DNA of 64,000 nucleotides from the IMG/VR virus record IMGVR_UViG_3300037631_006232, positions 83,117-147,116 of that record. One strand, 5' to 3'. Positions 1 through 10,691 of the stretch are shown here, piece by piece (within the stretch, counting starts at the first letter, position 1; every line of letters starts with the position of its first letter). This DNA is from a virus (lineage: Duplodnaviria > Caudoviricetes). Position numbers and translations under genes: made by a program. Below the pieces are notes generated by a model that did not search any database, was not told where the DNA came from, and worked only from the letters and a program-made list of their open reading frames with translations.

Positions 1-16
1 TATAGGAGAAAAAGCC

Positions 17-571
17 ATGGTTGCTTTAACATCTAAATTTGATATTCTAAGAGGCTGGCCTAATGGGTCTGCTGTACAAGAAGATTTTATTATCGGGGCT
101 TCTGGAAACCAATCCGGATGGACTCACCCACATGCCGCAGGTACCTGGGTAAAACTAGCTAGCACTAATGATGGTACTATGAAAACTGACGACGCTGCTG
201 CTTCTAGTGCGTTTGATACTAAGTGCTATCTTGTTATTGAAGGCGCTGATGACTACTCTTCTAGGTTCTCTCATAGAGTTACCTGCCTTCTCGGCGGTGG
301 ATACATGGTTAGAGTACCTCAAAACTACAAAGATGCAGATGGAAACACCGTTGTATGTTTAGCAGCCGCAGCTAGTACTTTTACAGTAGGCGATCAGCTA
401 AAAGTTGTTTCTAACCAGCTTTCAGAGTACGTAGCAACCGTAGGTTTCCCAGCCAGTGGTGAAGTTGCTAATGATGTTAATACTACTGAAATTACTAATA
501 GATCTGGAATTGTTGCTACTGTTATGGCTGTAAATTCTGCAGATAATACTATTGACGTATACGTACACTAA
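17..571 (+). CDS. putative head decoration/cement protein
   Basis: AGGAG RBS; beta-rich 184 aa ORF directly upstream of the major capsid gene (positional inference). Confidence 0.5.
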   Translation: MVALTSKFDILRGWPNGSAVQEDFIIGASGNQSGWTHPHAAGTWVKLASTNDGTMKTDDAAASSAFDTKCYLVIEGADDYSSRFSHRVTCLLGGGYMVRVPQNYKDADGNTVVCLAAAASTFTVGDQLKVVSNQLSEYVATVGFPASGEVANDVNTTEITNRSGIVATVMAVNSADNTIDVYVH

Positions 572-595
572 TAACTCGCACTAAGGAGAAAACAC

Positions 596-1744
596 ATGAA
601 TACAGAGCGTGAGCGCCTAAGTGCGCAGTTTATTAATCAAAGCTTTGTCCGTAAATTGGACGAAGGACGAGTAAAAGAAGCAGCTGACGAAGGTAGTCGG
701 TTCATTAGATCAAAGCTACGCCAAGAAAGCTTTGCACGAGAAATCTTGCAACCTATTGAGCTTAGCCCAGACGAGATCGATCGTGACGAGCACACAGATC
801 AACCTAAGAAAATCATCGAAAAAGAGCCTGATTCAACAGCTACTTTCGTAACTTTCAAAGGATCTGGACAACGTACTTTCTTCCGTGGACCTCGTTACTC
901 AGTATTCTTCGGAAAAGTTGAATCACAACATTTCATGAAGAGCAAGTTCGAACTTCTTACTTACCAAAACGACATCCGCAAAATCTTAACTGACAACTCA
1001 GTTAAAGATATGGCTGACGTAGAAGATCAAAAGTTCATTGAAACTATTGAAGCTGCTTTAGATGATGCAGGATCTACTTTAGATAAACGCTCCAGTGACG
1101 GAGCTGCTTCTATTGATGGTGATAATGTAACCTCTTTTGGCGGAGTAGAGTTCTTACCTCTTGCAGATTCAGCAGTAGGTGCAAATCTAACTGGTAATCT
1201 AGGAGCAACTCAGTTTACTGGAGAACAACTTCTCAATGGTAACAACTTTGTGGCTAGGGCTGCAGAACGTGATGCTGGAGGAGCTACTGAAATTAGTGGT
1301 TCTAAGTTCGATCTTGGAGCACAAGCACCTCTTAGCAAAGAACTTATCGCACAGTTGTTCCAAGCTATGACTGCTAAGAAACTTCCTATCGGTAAAATGC
1401 TTATGAGCAAGACTACCTTCATGGAAGCTCTTAAATTTGACTATAACGATGTTGGTAACGACATTGTTTCTCGTCACTATGACAACGGTCTTGAAGGCGA
1501 AGATAAGCTCTTTGGTGTACCTGTAATTACTACTATCAAGAATGACATTATTCCTGATAACGTAATCTACTTGTTTGCTCCTGAGAACTACCTCGGTAAC
1601 TTCTTCCTTCTACAAGACGCTACTCTATTCATTAAGCAAGAAGCTGATATGATTGAGTTCTGGTCTTACTCTTCTCCTGGAATTGGTATTGGTAACACTA
1701 AAGGTGTTATTAAACTTTCTGGATTTAAGAGCGTAGGCGCTTAA
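596..1744 (+). CDS. major capsid protein (probably HK97 fold)
   Basis: 382 aa, AAGGAG RBS, codons typical of high expression, C-terminal G-V-P-V-I-T...I-P-D-N-V-I-Y-L pattern seen in HK97-like capsids, followed by a terminator, upstream of neck/tail genes. Confidence 0.8.
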   Translation: MNTERERLSAQFINQSFVRKLDEGRVKEAADEGSRFIRSKLRQESFAREILQPIELSPDEIDRDEHTDQPKKIIEKEPDSTATFVTFKGSGQRTFFRGPRYSVFFGKVESQHFMKSKFELLTYQNDIRKILTDNSVKDMADVEDQKFIETIEAALDDAGSTLDKRSSDGAASIDGDNVTSFGGVEFLPLADSAVGANLTGNLGATQFTGEQLLNGNNFVARAAERDAGGATEISGSKFDLGAQAPLSKELIAQLFQAMTAKKLPIGKMLMSKTTFMEALKFDYNDVGNDIVSRHYDNGLEGEDKLFGVPVITTIKNDIIPDNVIYLFAPENYLGNFFLLQDATLFIKQEADMIEFWSYSSPGIGIGNTKGVIKLSGFKSVGA

Positions 1745-1790
1745 TAGTAGATAGTAATAGTCTCCACCGGTAGGACCTTGGTCTCACCTT

Positions 1791-1832
1791 AAAAGCCTCG
1801 TATACTTTGTTAAGAAGTATTCGAGGTTTTTT
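1791..1832 (+). terminator. intrinsic terminator after capsid gene
   Basis: AAAAGCCTCGTATACTT...AAGTATTCGAGGTTTTTT imperfect hairpin plus T-run. Confidence 0.65.
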
Positions 1833-1845
1833 ATTGGAGAAACTA

Positions 1846-2382
1846 ATGCAAAAAATTAAACTAACTAATGTTAGAGCTGGTGGCAGCTTTAAATTACCTG
1901 GTGGCCTGAGACTTAAAAAAGGTCAATCCGTATCCGTACCTACATCAATGCTTACTCATAAAAGTGTTCGACATCAAATGAGCCGTGGCCGCATAGCGGT
2001 TACTACTATTGGTGGATCAGTAGAAGTAGTTACCGATAACTTAATAGAAGAAGGCCGTGAGAAACTAGATGATCTTGTAGACATGGCTCTAGATGTAGTA
2101 GATCCGTTCTTAGATACCACCGCAGCTAGGGCAGTAGTAGATTCAGTACTTACTAAAGTAGAGGATACTATTGAGAATGCCGTAGATAACGCTATCGATG
2201 CTGCAGAAGACGCAGTAGCTGATGTAGTAGAAGATATTACTGAGGCAGTTAGCGACGCTGTAGGTAGCGTGGTAGAAGGCATAGGCGACATGCTTGGTTT
2301 TGGGGATGACGAAGAAGATGTAAAAGAAGAAGCGACTAAGCCAAAACGCAGGCGTACTAGAAAGAAAAAATCTGACTCGTAA
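1846..2382 (+). CDS. hypothetical protein, acidic middle and basic tail
   Basis: GGAG RBS before ATG 1846, preferred over the track start at 1807. Confidence 0.6.
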   Translation: MQKIKLTNVRAGGSFKLPGGLRLKKGQSVSVPTSMLTHKSVRHQMSRGRIAVTTIGGSVEVVTDNLIEEGREKLDDLVDMALDVVDPFLDTTAARAVVDSVLTKVEDTIENAVDNAIDAAEDAVADVVEDITEAVSDAVGSVVEGIGDMLGFGDDEEDVKEEATKPKRRRTRKKKSDS

Positions 2383-2393
2383 GGAGCTTTCTT

Positions 2394-2786
2394 ATGGCTA
2401 ATATACGTATTATCGAAATAGAGCAAAGCGAATTAACCCCGGAACAGTTAGCCATAATTAACGCTGGCGGCGTGGTATTCGACGAAACCTCTCAATGGAA
2501 GTACACTAGTAGCACTTCGGACCTAGTGCCTTCTGCCCAATTAGTAGGTAGGGGTGGCATGTGGACTGCTAGTTTTAATACTAGCCTAGATCCTGATGAT
2601 GCGCCTCCTTTCGTAGAGTGGAAGTATATTGATGCCGAAGATGTAGTGGACCTAGGTATAGCTAGTGAAGCTAGCCGAGCTCCTTTGCGCTCTAGAAACA
2701 TAGATCTTACTCCCAATCCTTCACAATTCCACCCAGACTCTTTCTGGCAGAGAAACGGTCAAGATATAATACCTAGGAGTTCATAA
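2394..2786 (+). CDS. hypothetical virion-module protein
   Basis: AGGAG RBS; TAATG coupling to next gene. Confidence 0.55.
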   Translation: MANIRIIEIEQSELTPEQLAIINAGGVVFDETSQWKYTSSTSDLVPSAQLVGRGGMWTASFNTSLDPDDAPPFVEWKYIDAEDVVDLGIASEASRAPLRSRNIDLTPNPSQFHPDSFWQRNGQDIIPRSS

Positions 2787-3373
2787 TGGCTACGCCTAAT
2801 ATAGTCCCACAATCGGAAAATGATGGTAACTTAGGAAGGCACAGTTTACGCTGGGCTAGTACTTATACCTATAGAGTTAGCTCCCCCGCTATTAGGGTGG
2901 TAAGAGACGCTACTGCTAATGCGGAAGTCTTCACTACTATAGCTACGGATAGCAATGGTGATATTACTATTAATAAAGAGGATGGTAATGGAGCTAAGCC
3001 CTTAGCTACTGCTGAGAGTGTTACTACTCTTAGTGGTACCGTCACTACTATAAATAGCTCTTTGCTCACTAGGCCCTCTGTTACTGAGATTACTGGTGCT
3101 ACTACAGTGGCTAATATCTCAGGTACAGAGCAGCACAGAATTTACTATGCTACAGGCGCTGTCGGGGTAACCTTAACCCTCCCTACCGCTGCAGGTGTCG
3201 CTGGTTTTAAAATAACTGCTAAGAGCCTACTTACAAATAATGCTAACCTAACTACCACTCCTCAAGCAGATCAGAGCGTTGATGGGGGTGTTAATGGCGC
3301 TAGTATTCTTTTGACTAACAACAATACTCAAATAACTTTGGTATCTACTGGTACTAACTGGATTTCTATTTAG
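2786..3373 (+). CDS. putative fibre/whisker-like structural protein
   Basis: Thr/Gly-rich; C-terminal TLTLPTAA...ITLVSTGTNWI beta module typical of phage fibre proteins. Confidence 0.55.
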   Translation: MATPNIVPQSENDGNLGRHSLRWASTYTYRVSSPAIRVVRDATANAEVFTTIATDSNGDITINKEDGNGAKPLATAESVTTLSGTVTTINSSLLTRPSVTEITGATTVANISGTEQHRIYYATGAVGVTLTLPTAAGVAGFKITAKSLLTNNANLTTTPQADQSVDGGVNGASILLTNNNTQITLVSTGTNWISI

Positions 3374-3383
3374 GAGATAAGCT

Positions 3384-4847
3384 ATGGCTTTTATTAAAGG
3401 TAAACAAATTAAGGACGCTAGTGTTTTAACTACAAAACTTAGCGGTATTTCTAGTACCCCCGATGCTGGCGATATTCTAGTAACTGGAGCTAGCGGTGTT
3501 CTTGCTGCTGTTACAGTAAGCGGCGATGCTACTTTAGCTGCTAATGGTGCTTTGACTATTGCTAGTGGTGCTATCGAAACCGCAATGGTTAATGCTAATG
3601 TAATTACTGGTCAGACTGCAGAAGCTACTGTAAATGATGCCGATCTAATTCTTATTTACGATGCCTCTGCTTCCGCGCTCCGTAAGATGACTCGAGCAAA
3701 CTTCACCGATGGGTTGGGTGGTGGAGGAGGCAGTAGTGCTGCTGATGATATCACAACAGGGGATGCTGCGGTTACTATAGCGACTTCTTCTGGTAATATT
3801 ACAATCGATGCGCAAGCTAGCGATAGCGATATTATATTTAAAGGAACTGATGGCGGTTCCGACATTACGATGCTGACCTTAGATGGATCTGATGCGGGCG
3901 CAGCTTCTTTTAATAGCTCTGTCTCTGTAGGTGGGGCTTTAACTGTAACAGGTAATCTCACAGTAAACGGTACCACTACCACAGTTAATTCTACTACCGT
4001 AACTGTAGATGATCCCATCTTTACGTTGGGTGGAGATGCTGCTCCTAGTTCCGATGATAATAAAGACCGTGGTATTGAGTTCCGATGGCATAACGGCACT
4101 GCTGCTAAGGCAGGTTTCTTTGGGTTTGATGATAGTACTGGTCGCTTCTCATTTATACCTGATGCTACCAACAGCAGTGAAGTATTCTCAGGTACCTTAG
4201 GTGATATTGATATTAACGCTTTGTATATTGGCGGAACATCAATGGTTACTTCGGACGGTGCTGCTAAGGTACAAAGTGGGGTTGCTGGGTATGGTATTGC
4301 TTACGATTCAGGGGCGTTAAAATTTGCCCCTAGTGAGCTTGGTGCTACCACTGATTGGTTAAGTACCATGTCTTTTGTTTTAGATGACGATGGTATCGCT
4401 AAACGTATGACTAGGAATACTCTAGCAACTAATATAGTAGGCGGGATTGCTTCTGATGGTTTAGAGTCTAATTCAGGTGCATTAAAAATTAAGTTAAATG
4501 GGTCTAGCCTTGATTTATCTTCGAGCGGTGTAAGAGCTGGCACTTTCCAAAAAGATGATCTAGGCCAAACTGTATCTTCTAATGTAACTGCTGACAATAC
4601 CGATACTGGTTTAGACATCACAAACACTCCTAATGCAGACCAAATTGTTCGTGTAGAAGTTAATGGCGTTGCTGTCGAACTAGGCGATGGTGTTAAAACT
4701 AAGACCTGCTACTTTAGTGGGGATAGCGGTTCTAATGCTAGAGCTATGGGAGATATTGCTGCAGGAGATTCTCTGTACTGGAATGGATCTAGCGTCTATT
4801 CTCTAGAAACAGATGATATCGTAGACTTTATCTATTCGTCTCTATAG
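3384..4847 (+). CDS. tail fibre-like virion structural protein
   Basis: Gly/Ser/Thr-rich; GNLTVNGTTTTVNSTTVTVDDP...DRGIEF...GFFGFDDS segment resembles marine phage fibre proteins. Confidence 0.65.
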   Translation: MAFIKGKQIKDASVLTTKLSGISSTPDAGDILVTGASGVLAAVTVSGDATLAANGALTIASGAIETAMVNANVITGQTAEATVNDADLILIYDASASALRKMTRANFTDGLGGGGGSSAADDITTGDAAVTIATSSGNITIDAQASDSDIIFKGTDGGSDITMLTLDGSDAGAASFNSSVSVGGALTVTGNLTVNGTTTTVNSTTVTVDDPIFTLGGDAAPSSDDNKDRGIEFRWHNGTAAKAGFFGFDDSTGRFSFIPDATNSSEVFSGTLGDIDINALYIGGTSMVTSDGAAKVQSGVAGYGIAYDSGALKFAPSELGATTDWLSTMSFVLDDDGIAKRMTRNTLATNIVGGIASDGLESNSGALKIKLNGSSLDLSSSGVRAGTFQKDDLGQTVSSNVTADNTDTGLDITNTPNADQIVRVEVNGVAVELGDGVKTKTCYFSGDSGSNARAMGDIAAGDSLYWNGSSVYSLETDDIVDFIYSSL

Positions 4848-4937
4848 TGTTTCTATAGTTAGCTCCTTAAAATTGAAGTAGACTTAGTAGCATACACACG
4901 ATAGTATACTAACTGCTTAGATTTTAGGGAGCTACAA

Positions 4938-5417
4938 ATGCAGATAAAACCTAAACAATTAAAGGTTACACAGAATAAATTAGTGATAGGTAATTCTAGC
5001 AATAATGGTGCAGAATTAGCTTACACTATACCTAGTACTGTAGGCACTAGCGGCCACGTACTCACTAGCAACGGTACTAATGTAGTATTTCAAGCAGTTA
5101 GTGGCGGAGGTGGTGGCTCTAGTATTAGCTTTTCTAGAAAATCCGCTAGCTTTTCGGCAGCGGTTAATTACCACTATTCAATAACTACAGCCTCCGGTGC
5201 CGTTACTGTTACACTACCTGCCTTATCTGGAGCCAGTGATGGGGATACTATACGAATATTCTTTAGAGTCCGAGGTAGTACAAATAATGTGGTAGTTAGC
5301 AGAGCGACTAGCACTAGTGACTTAATAAATGATGAGACTAGTTTCACCTTAGATGTAGAGCATGACTCTATTACTCTTATAGCTAACACTACTGATTCTA
5401 TATGGGAGCTAATATAA
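4938..5417 (+). CDS. fibre-associated structural protein
   Basis: GHVLTSNG motif and VTVTLPA...SITLIA...WELI module. Confidence 0.5.
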   Translation: MQIKPKQLKVTQNKLVIGNSSNNGAELAYTIPSTVGTSGHVLTSNGTNVVFQAVSGGGGGSSISFSRKSASFSAAVNYHYSITTASGAVTVTLPALSGASDGDTIRIFFRVRGSTNNVVVSRATSTSDLINDETSFTLDVEHDSITLIANTTDSIWELI

Positions 5418-5767
5418 TGGCTAAGATAACTCCAAAACTAGAACGACATGTTTATGTATCAGGCACGCTAACCACTTCTTCCGGAGGAACTCCTTTTTAC
5501 CCTAGGCAGGCTATGCATATTAAATCAGCCAAAGCTACTCTACAAGTAGCTCCTAGTGGTTCTGGTTCTACGGTGGTAAATCTTATAAAGAACGGAGACG
5601 CTAGCGATATTGTTTATGCAGCTACTTTCTCTGCAGGTACTACCAGTGTTAGCCTTTCTACAGAAGCCACTGTAACTGCGGATACTAAACTAAGTGTTGA
5701 TGTATCTTCTGTAGCAGGAGGTTCTGCGGGTACTGATTTAATTTTTTCATTCACCTATCACAATTAA
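5417..5767 (+). CDS. small beta-rich structural protein
   Basis: TAATG-coupled start at 5417; Ser/Thr-rich. Confidence 0.45.
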   Translation: MAKITPKLERHVYVSGTLTTSSGGTPFYPRQAMHIKSAKATLQVAPSGSGSTVVNLIKNGDASDIVYAATFSAGTTSVSLSTEATVTADTKLSVDVSSVAGGSAGTDLIFSFTYHN

Positions 5768-5779
5768 GGATAAACTATA

Positions 5780-5983
5780 ATGCAAGTAACTGTGCCCGGT
5801 AGAGGGACTTACACACTAGCTTTAAATGCTGGTAACTTAGAAGTTAGCCTAAATGGTTCTATTATATTTAAGACACTCGGTAATCCTACTAAATTAGGTA
5901 ATCCCGGCTTTGCCGACCTAAACGAAGCCAACGCTTATTTTCAAACAATCAGTTTATCTCGGACCGTAGTAGAGGAGGAGTAG
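5780..5983 (+). CDS. hypothetical protein
   Basis: AAGGA RBS; in operon. Confidence 0.5.
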   Translation: MQVTVPGRGTYTLALNAGNLEVSLNGSIIFKTLGNPTKLGNPGFADLNEANAYFQTISLSRTVVEEE

Positions 5984-5985
5984 AA

Positions 5986-7983
5986 ATGGCTCTTTTAAAA
6001 ACAGTAAAAGCAAAAAGAAGCGGCTCTGCTGATTACGAGCTATCTCATAAAGGTACAGCTGTGGTTATATCTCCTAATGAAGACTTAATATTTATTAAGG
6101 ATGAGGCTTATGATTATGATACTTTGCTACCTCAGTTTGATAAAAAACTAGCAGGGGGGGTAGATGTTTTTGCAGGGTACAAAGATATCCCAACGGCCAC
6201 AGCCTTGCTCTATGATAAGCCTGTAGTATTTTGCAGTCAGAATACTAGGTGGGATGAGTCTCCGGGGTCCAACCAAGGTGCTACTTATTTTGCAAGTAAT
6301 TCTAACTTCTCGTATGATAGAAACTTAGATAAAACAGCTAGGATGAACAATGGGAGTTTGTTGAAATTTTCAGATTCCGGAGGTAATGTTCACTATATAG
6401 CAACACATAACCAAGAGTACAATGCAAGTGGTTACTCTACACTAACACTGATACAGGGTTCTGATATTACCAACCCTACTAACTATGTTATTAAAACTGG
6501 TATTACCAATCAGCAAGGAGATACAGTCGCTTCTACCAATCATGCTTGGTTATATATACCCATAGGTGTTGATACTACTAATAAATTTATTTATTTAACC
6601 AGTGATTGTTTTAGGTCTAGTTATGCGTACCATACCCAATCTACAGATATATTCAAAGTAGCTTATACTACGGTGCCTGTAGACGGCTCCATAACCTTAG
6701 GTACACCTACCCATGTTGATTTAAGTGTTTTTGAGGGTAATGGTAGGTTTTTAGATTCACAGCCTAGTTTTCTTGTAAGTATAGCCTCAGGCACAGCTTA
6801 TTTTCTAACTATCGTAGAGAATGAGTACGACTATTGGGGCACTTCTAATAGTTCTAGTAAACAACCCTCTACCGCTGTTAAATCAGCTCATAAAGGTAGA
6901 TACCGTTTTACCAGTTATAACCCAGCAACACAGACAGCTACAAGCTTGGCTGATTTAAAAGGTACTGAGGGCTTTGTAGGTAATACGGATAACGCGACAG
7001 AAGCAGTGTCTGATCATCTTAGCTTGCAAGCACCTAGCCACTTTGAGACCAGTCCTATAAGCGGCGAGGGTGCTTTTAAGTATGCTTACTCTGCTGGCTT
7101 TAATGCCAGTACGGGAGTGATGAGTCTACTTTCCCATAAGTGGAATACCAGTACTAATGCTTATACTGTTTCTGTATGTAGCGTAAGTTTTAGTAGCGGG
7201 TCTATGACTGATTATATTACTTATGGACAACAGGATGATCCTAAAAACTTACTAACAACACATAGATGCATCCTTACTAAAAACGGATCTGACTACTATA
7301 TTAGTGTCTGCTACACTTACGGTAGCCAAGATAACTTGGGTGCAAATACTGCCGCTACCTTAAGAAATTTAGTTACTTTTTCTATATCGAGTACAAACTT
7401 TACAAGCTTAACTTATCACTCAAGTACTAGTTTTCCTGCTTTAGCTGTAATAGGTTTAGATTCAGATAATACATCGCTACTTTCTATTGAGGGCTCTGCT
7501 ATGAAGCAGTGGTCTTTTGCAGGTAGTGGCTTTACCGAGACTGCTTCTGAATCAGGAAGTTTCGTAGCTGGGACTAAGGATTCTGATGGCCGTATATTTG
7601 GGGTAGCCTATAATCATAGTGACATGGCAAATGTGAGTGATATTACCGTATATGATGGAGGTACTGCTCATAAACCATTTAATACCCACCTACACGTGGT
7701 TTCTAGTAGCCTGGCTAATGCTGCTACGGTCGAATTCGAGGACGCCACTATTACCTATGCCGGTAGTAATCTTTCTAAGAACGTTTTGGTTAATGCCTAT
7801 AACACAAGTAGTGCTCGGGTAGCTAAAAGTGTTAAACTAGTTATTACTAGTGGTAACGCAGTGTTTACAAGTAACTCTTCTACTACTTCTACAGTTACTA
7901 CAAGTACTAGTGCGGATACGACTGTAGGTTTAACTATTAGCGGGGCAGGTATGATTACTATAAGCGCCTCATTTACTCTATAA
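5986..7983 (+). CDS. large virion protein, possible receptor-binding protein with Ig-like C-terminus
   Basis: 665 aa Ser/Thr/Tyr-rich beta protein; GGAGG RBS. Confidence 0.5.
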   Translation: MALLKTVKAKRSGSADYELSHKGTAVVISPNEDLIFIKDEAYDYDTLLPQFDKKLAGGVDVFAGYKDIPTATALLYDKPVVFCSQNTRWDESPGSNQGATYFASNSNFSYDRNLDKTARMNNGSLLKFSDSGGNVHYIATHNQEYNASGYSTLTLIQGSDITNPTNYVIKTGITNQQGDTVASTNHAWLYIPIGVDTTNKFIYLTSDCFRSSYAYHTQSTDIFKVAYTTVPVDGSITLGTPTHVDLSVFEGNGRFLDSQPSFLVSIASGTAYFLTIVENEYDYWGTSNSSSKQPSTAVKSAHKGRYRFTSYNPATQTATSLADLKGTEGFVGNTDNATEAVSDHLSLQAPSHFETSPISGEGAFKYAYSAGFNASTGVMSLLSHKWNTSTNAYTVSVCSVSFSSGSMTDYITYGQQDDPKNLLTTHRCILTKNGSDYYISVCYTYGSQDNLGANTAATLRNLVTFSISSTNFTSLTYHSSTSFPALAVIGLDSDNTSLLSIEGSAMKQWSFAGSGFTETASESGSFVAGTKDSDGRIFGVAYNHSDMANVSDITVYDGGTAHKPFNTHLHVVSSSLANAATVEFEDATITYAGSNLSKNVLVNAYNTSSARVAKSVKLVITSGNAVFTSNSSTTSTVTTSTSADTTVGLTISGAGMITISASFTL

Positions 7984-7992
7984 GGAGTTACT

Positions 7993-8352
7993 ATGATACC
8001 TAGTTTTGTAGATGTAGTTAACTCTGTTGTAACCGTGTTAGTTGATGATAAATCCTCCAATAAAACTAAACTAGCTGCAAGCCATGCTTATAGTAGGGTT
8101 AATCTTACTGTAGCTTCTCCTGACTCTGGTAAAATGTACGTTACACATGCCAGTAAGGTGGTTGCTAATAGTAGCTTTACTAGAGTAGAAGCTGAGGATT
8201 ATACTAGCACTTCTGCATCTAAGATGGTATTAAGTACAGGTACTGAGTTCAAGCTAATAGTAAATATAGATAACTCTTCTATGAAGATAGCTAAGCAAGA
8301 CTCAGAGGTTCCTACACCTACTGTATTTAATCCTACTACAACTTGGAGCTAA
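7993..8352 (+). CDS. hypothetical structural protein
   Basis: AGGAG RBS; in operon. Confidence 0.5.
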   Translation: MIPSFVDVVNSVVTVLVDDKSSNKTKLAASHAYSRVNLTVASPDSGKMYVTHASKVVANSSFTRVEAEDYTSTSASKMVLSTGTEFKLIVNIDNSSMKIAKQDSEVPTPTVFNPTTTWS

Positions 8353-8353
8353 C

Positions 8354-8629
8354 ATGGCTGACAAAGACCCTTTTAACTACAAACGTACCAAAGAACGCAA
8401 CTTACCTTTTACCAGGGCCTCTAGATGTTTACTTGCAAACAGTAACATTAAGAAAGTTTTAAATACCTCAGGACTAAGGTTCGTAGGGGAAAATTTTCTA
8501 GAAGACGCTCTAGCAGAAGAGGGTGAAGAGGGGTACTTGGATGCGGAGAATGTTATTATGGTTCTAGTTAGGGAGATTGCTAAGCTTCATAACAAAGTTA
8601 CTGAGTTAGAGGTATTACTAAATGGCTAG
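8354..8629 (+). CDS. hypothetical protein, possible fibre chaperone
   Basis: C-terminal coiled coil LVREIAKLHNKVTELE. Confidence 0.4.
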   Translation: MADKDPFNYKRTKERNLPFTRASRCLLANSNIKKVLNTSGLRFVGENFLEDALAEEGEEGYLDAENVIMVLVREIAKLHNKVTELEVLLNG

Positions 8630-8936
8630 GAAGCGTATGGACTTTAGAAAGTATACCTTGAACAGAGTTGGGGATACTCAATTTTCTAAAGGTATAAGAA
8701 GAGTAGTGTATCTTATGCCTAGTAACTACATTCTTAGTGCTTCTAATCATATAGTTTTTTTAAATAACTATGTGGCTACCTTGCCGGATGCCAGTGACCA
8801 CTCTGGTAGAGAATTTGTCATACATAATTCAGGAGCCCAAGCTAGTACTTTACTTGGAATTACAGGGGTTACCTTACAGCCTGGAGACACTGCTACTGTA
8901 ATAAGTGACGGAGCTACTTGGCATCGCTTATATTAG
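8622..8936 (+). CDS. hypothetical structural protein
   Basis: TLPDAS...VISDGATW module shared with upstream fibre proteins. Confidence 0.45.
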   Translation: MARKRMDFRKYTLNRVGDTQFSKGIRRVVYLMPSNYILSASNHIVFLNNYVATLPDASDHSGREFVIHNSGAQASTLLGITGVTLQPGDTATVISDGATWHRLY

Positions 8937-9249
8937 CGAGTTCTCGTTGCAAGTACCAAATTGCTTTTTCAAGATCTTCCTTAGGCGTACCTGCTTTTAA
9001 CCCGGCCCTACATACGTACTTAACTACGTTTCCTAGGTTGAAGTTTAAACCCCAAGCTTCTATTGCTTCTATTGCTTCCACACCCGAGCTAGCTCGGTAG
9101 TGATTGGGGTGGTCTACGTTACTAGGTTCTTCTACTAAATGCATAGTAGCGTCTAGTAAGTTAGTAATCATAGGTCCTGCTCTTAAGGTAGTAGGGATAG
9201 ATTCTGCTATAATTTGTAGAGCGGCTTTGCCAAAGATATCATCGTTCAT
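8914..9249 (-). CDS. DUF3310 family protein
   Basis: NVDHPNHY...EAIEAIE...FNLGNVVKYVCRAGLK...EDLEKAIWYL signature. Confidence 0.85.
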   Translation of the reverse strand: MNDDIFGKAALQIIAESIPTTLRAGPMITNLLDATMHLVEEPSNVDHPNHYRASSGVEAIEAIEAWGLNFNLGNVVKYVCRAGLKAGTPKEDLEKAIWYLQRELANISDAK

Positions 9250-9269
9250 AGTTACTCCGGAGAATATTT

Positions 9270-10199
9270 ATGGGTACCCTAGCACATTCCTTAGCCAGAG
9301 ACACGGGTAATACTGCGTTTGCTTTCCTTACTAGAGAGAGTGATAATGCAGTGTACGATAACACTAATAGTGTTTTTGTAGAAAATCAACAATTACATTT
9401 AACTAATGACCAAGACACTAGATCGCACTTTAGAATAAGCTACACTGAGATTAAAACGGGGCTGTACCGCTTAGAAATAGATGTGACTAATTTTTTAGAC
9501 GGTAATTATACTGTTCAAAGCAGATTTTTAGACTCTAATATAGAGTCCTTGCCTATAGACGTGGTTAGTCTAGTTATATCGGGAGGAGAAGTGCAGGACG
9601 GGGCTATCAATATAGAAGCTACACTTCCAGCAGGTCTAAATATATTTGCTTATATAAAAGATGCTTTTACAGGTACCTACTTAAAAAGTGATATGAGTGG
9701 CTTTTCTGTTTTCTACCCTTTAGATGCTTTAGCAGCTGTTAGAGCTAACTTTAGGCATAGCTTTACAGGAAGTAGTACGCAGTATCTCTTGAATAAGAGT
9801 TTAGCTACTATAGAAGATACCGTATTAGAAGTTTCTGTATACAATCTAAAAGAGGGTGTGGAGTATAAAGCAGGTTCTCCTGTTAGGGTGCATGTTTCTA
9901 ACAATAAGCAGCAGAGGGGCGTCCTGTTCACTACTGTACTGGTAGACCACAACACCCCCTCGCCAGATAATCTTCAGTACTTAGCAGGTAATGGTGCTTT
10001 TATAGAAGGTGCTGATGTATATATATTTAAGCAATCTGAGTATACTTCTGGCGTCTATGATAACGCTGTAGGTAGAACAAAAACCGACTCTTATGGTAGG
10101 TGGGTGGACTCTCTACCTGTAGAGGCAGGCAATACTTACGTAGTAGTTTTATTTAAACCATATGCTTATGGACCTGATAACACACAAATACAACTTTAG
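9270..10199 (+). CDS. hypothetical virion protein
   Basis: 309 aa; C-terminal GRTKTDSYGRW carboxypeptidase-regulatory-like/Ig module. Confidence 0.45.
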   Translation: MGTLAHSLARDTGNTAFAFLTRESDNAVYDNTNSVFVENQQLHLTNDQDTRSHFRISYTEIKTGLYRLEIDVTNFLDGNYTVQSRFLDSNIESLPIDVVSLVISGGEVQDGAINIEATLPAGLNIFAYIKDAFTGTYLKSDMSGFSVFYPLDALAAVRANFRHSFTGSSTQYLLNKSLATIEDTVLEVSVYNLKEGVEYKAGSPVRVHVSNNKQQRGVLFTTVLVDHNTPSPDNLQYLAGNGAFIEGADVYIFKQSEYTSGVYDNAVGRTKTDSYGRWVDSLPVEAGNTYVVVLFKPYAYGPDNTQIQL

Positions 10200-10208
10200 G
10201 GAGGCCTC

Positions 10209-10691
10209 ATGGCTATTCAAGGTACCGCTGTAAATATTAATGATGAATACTCTGCTTGGGTTATTAAACCGGATGATGTTCGAGAGTTTATGCGAGATTT
10301 CCCAGATAACAACATATTATTAGATGGGGTGGAGTTTTCAGACCCAGATATAAAGAGGGCTATTACATTTACGCTTTCTATGGGTAACGTTACTGCTCGC
10401 CCTACTAATTACACTATTACGAATTTTCCAAATGCCTACACACTTCTTATGGGGGTATGTAGCTTCCTTCTCAAATCTGAAGGCTTACGGCAACTTAGAA
10501 ACGAAGCTATGTATCAAGATGGTAATATACAGCCTGTAGGTATTGATAATAAGCAGCAGGCTTATGCAGCCTTAGCTGCCCAATACCAGCAAGAGTTTAT
10601 ACAAATGCTTACCGCCATTAAAATACAGGATAATTTAAATTCTTTTGGTCAAATGGGCTCTCCTGTAGGGCAAAGTAGATACATAAGATGA
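10209..10691 (+). CDS. putative head-tail adaptor
   Basis: helical 160 aa (DDVREFMRD...FSDPDI); positioned before neck and sheath genes. Confidence 0.55.
   Translation: MAIQGTAVNINDEYSAWVIKPDDVREFMRDFPDNNILLDGVEFSDPDIKRAITFTLSMGNVTARPTNYTITNFPNAYTLLMGVCSFLLKSEGLRQLRNEAMYQDGNIQPVGIDNKQQAYAALAAQYQQEFIQMLTAIKIQDNLNSFGQMGSPVGQSRYIR

Noticed and set aside
1974-4627. Long - strand ORFs over structural genes (also 49184, 58434, 60061, 61681)
   Set aside because: They lie opposite well-supported + strand genes and have no recognisable motifs.
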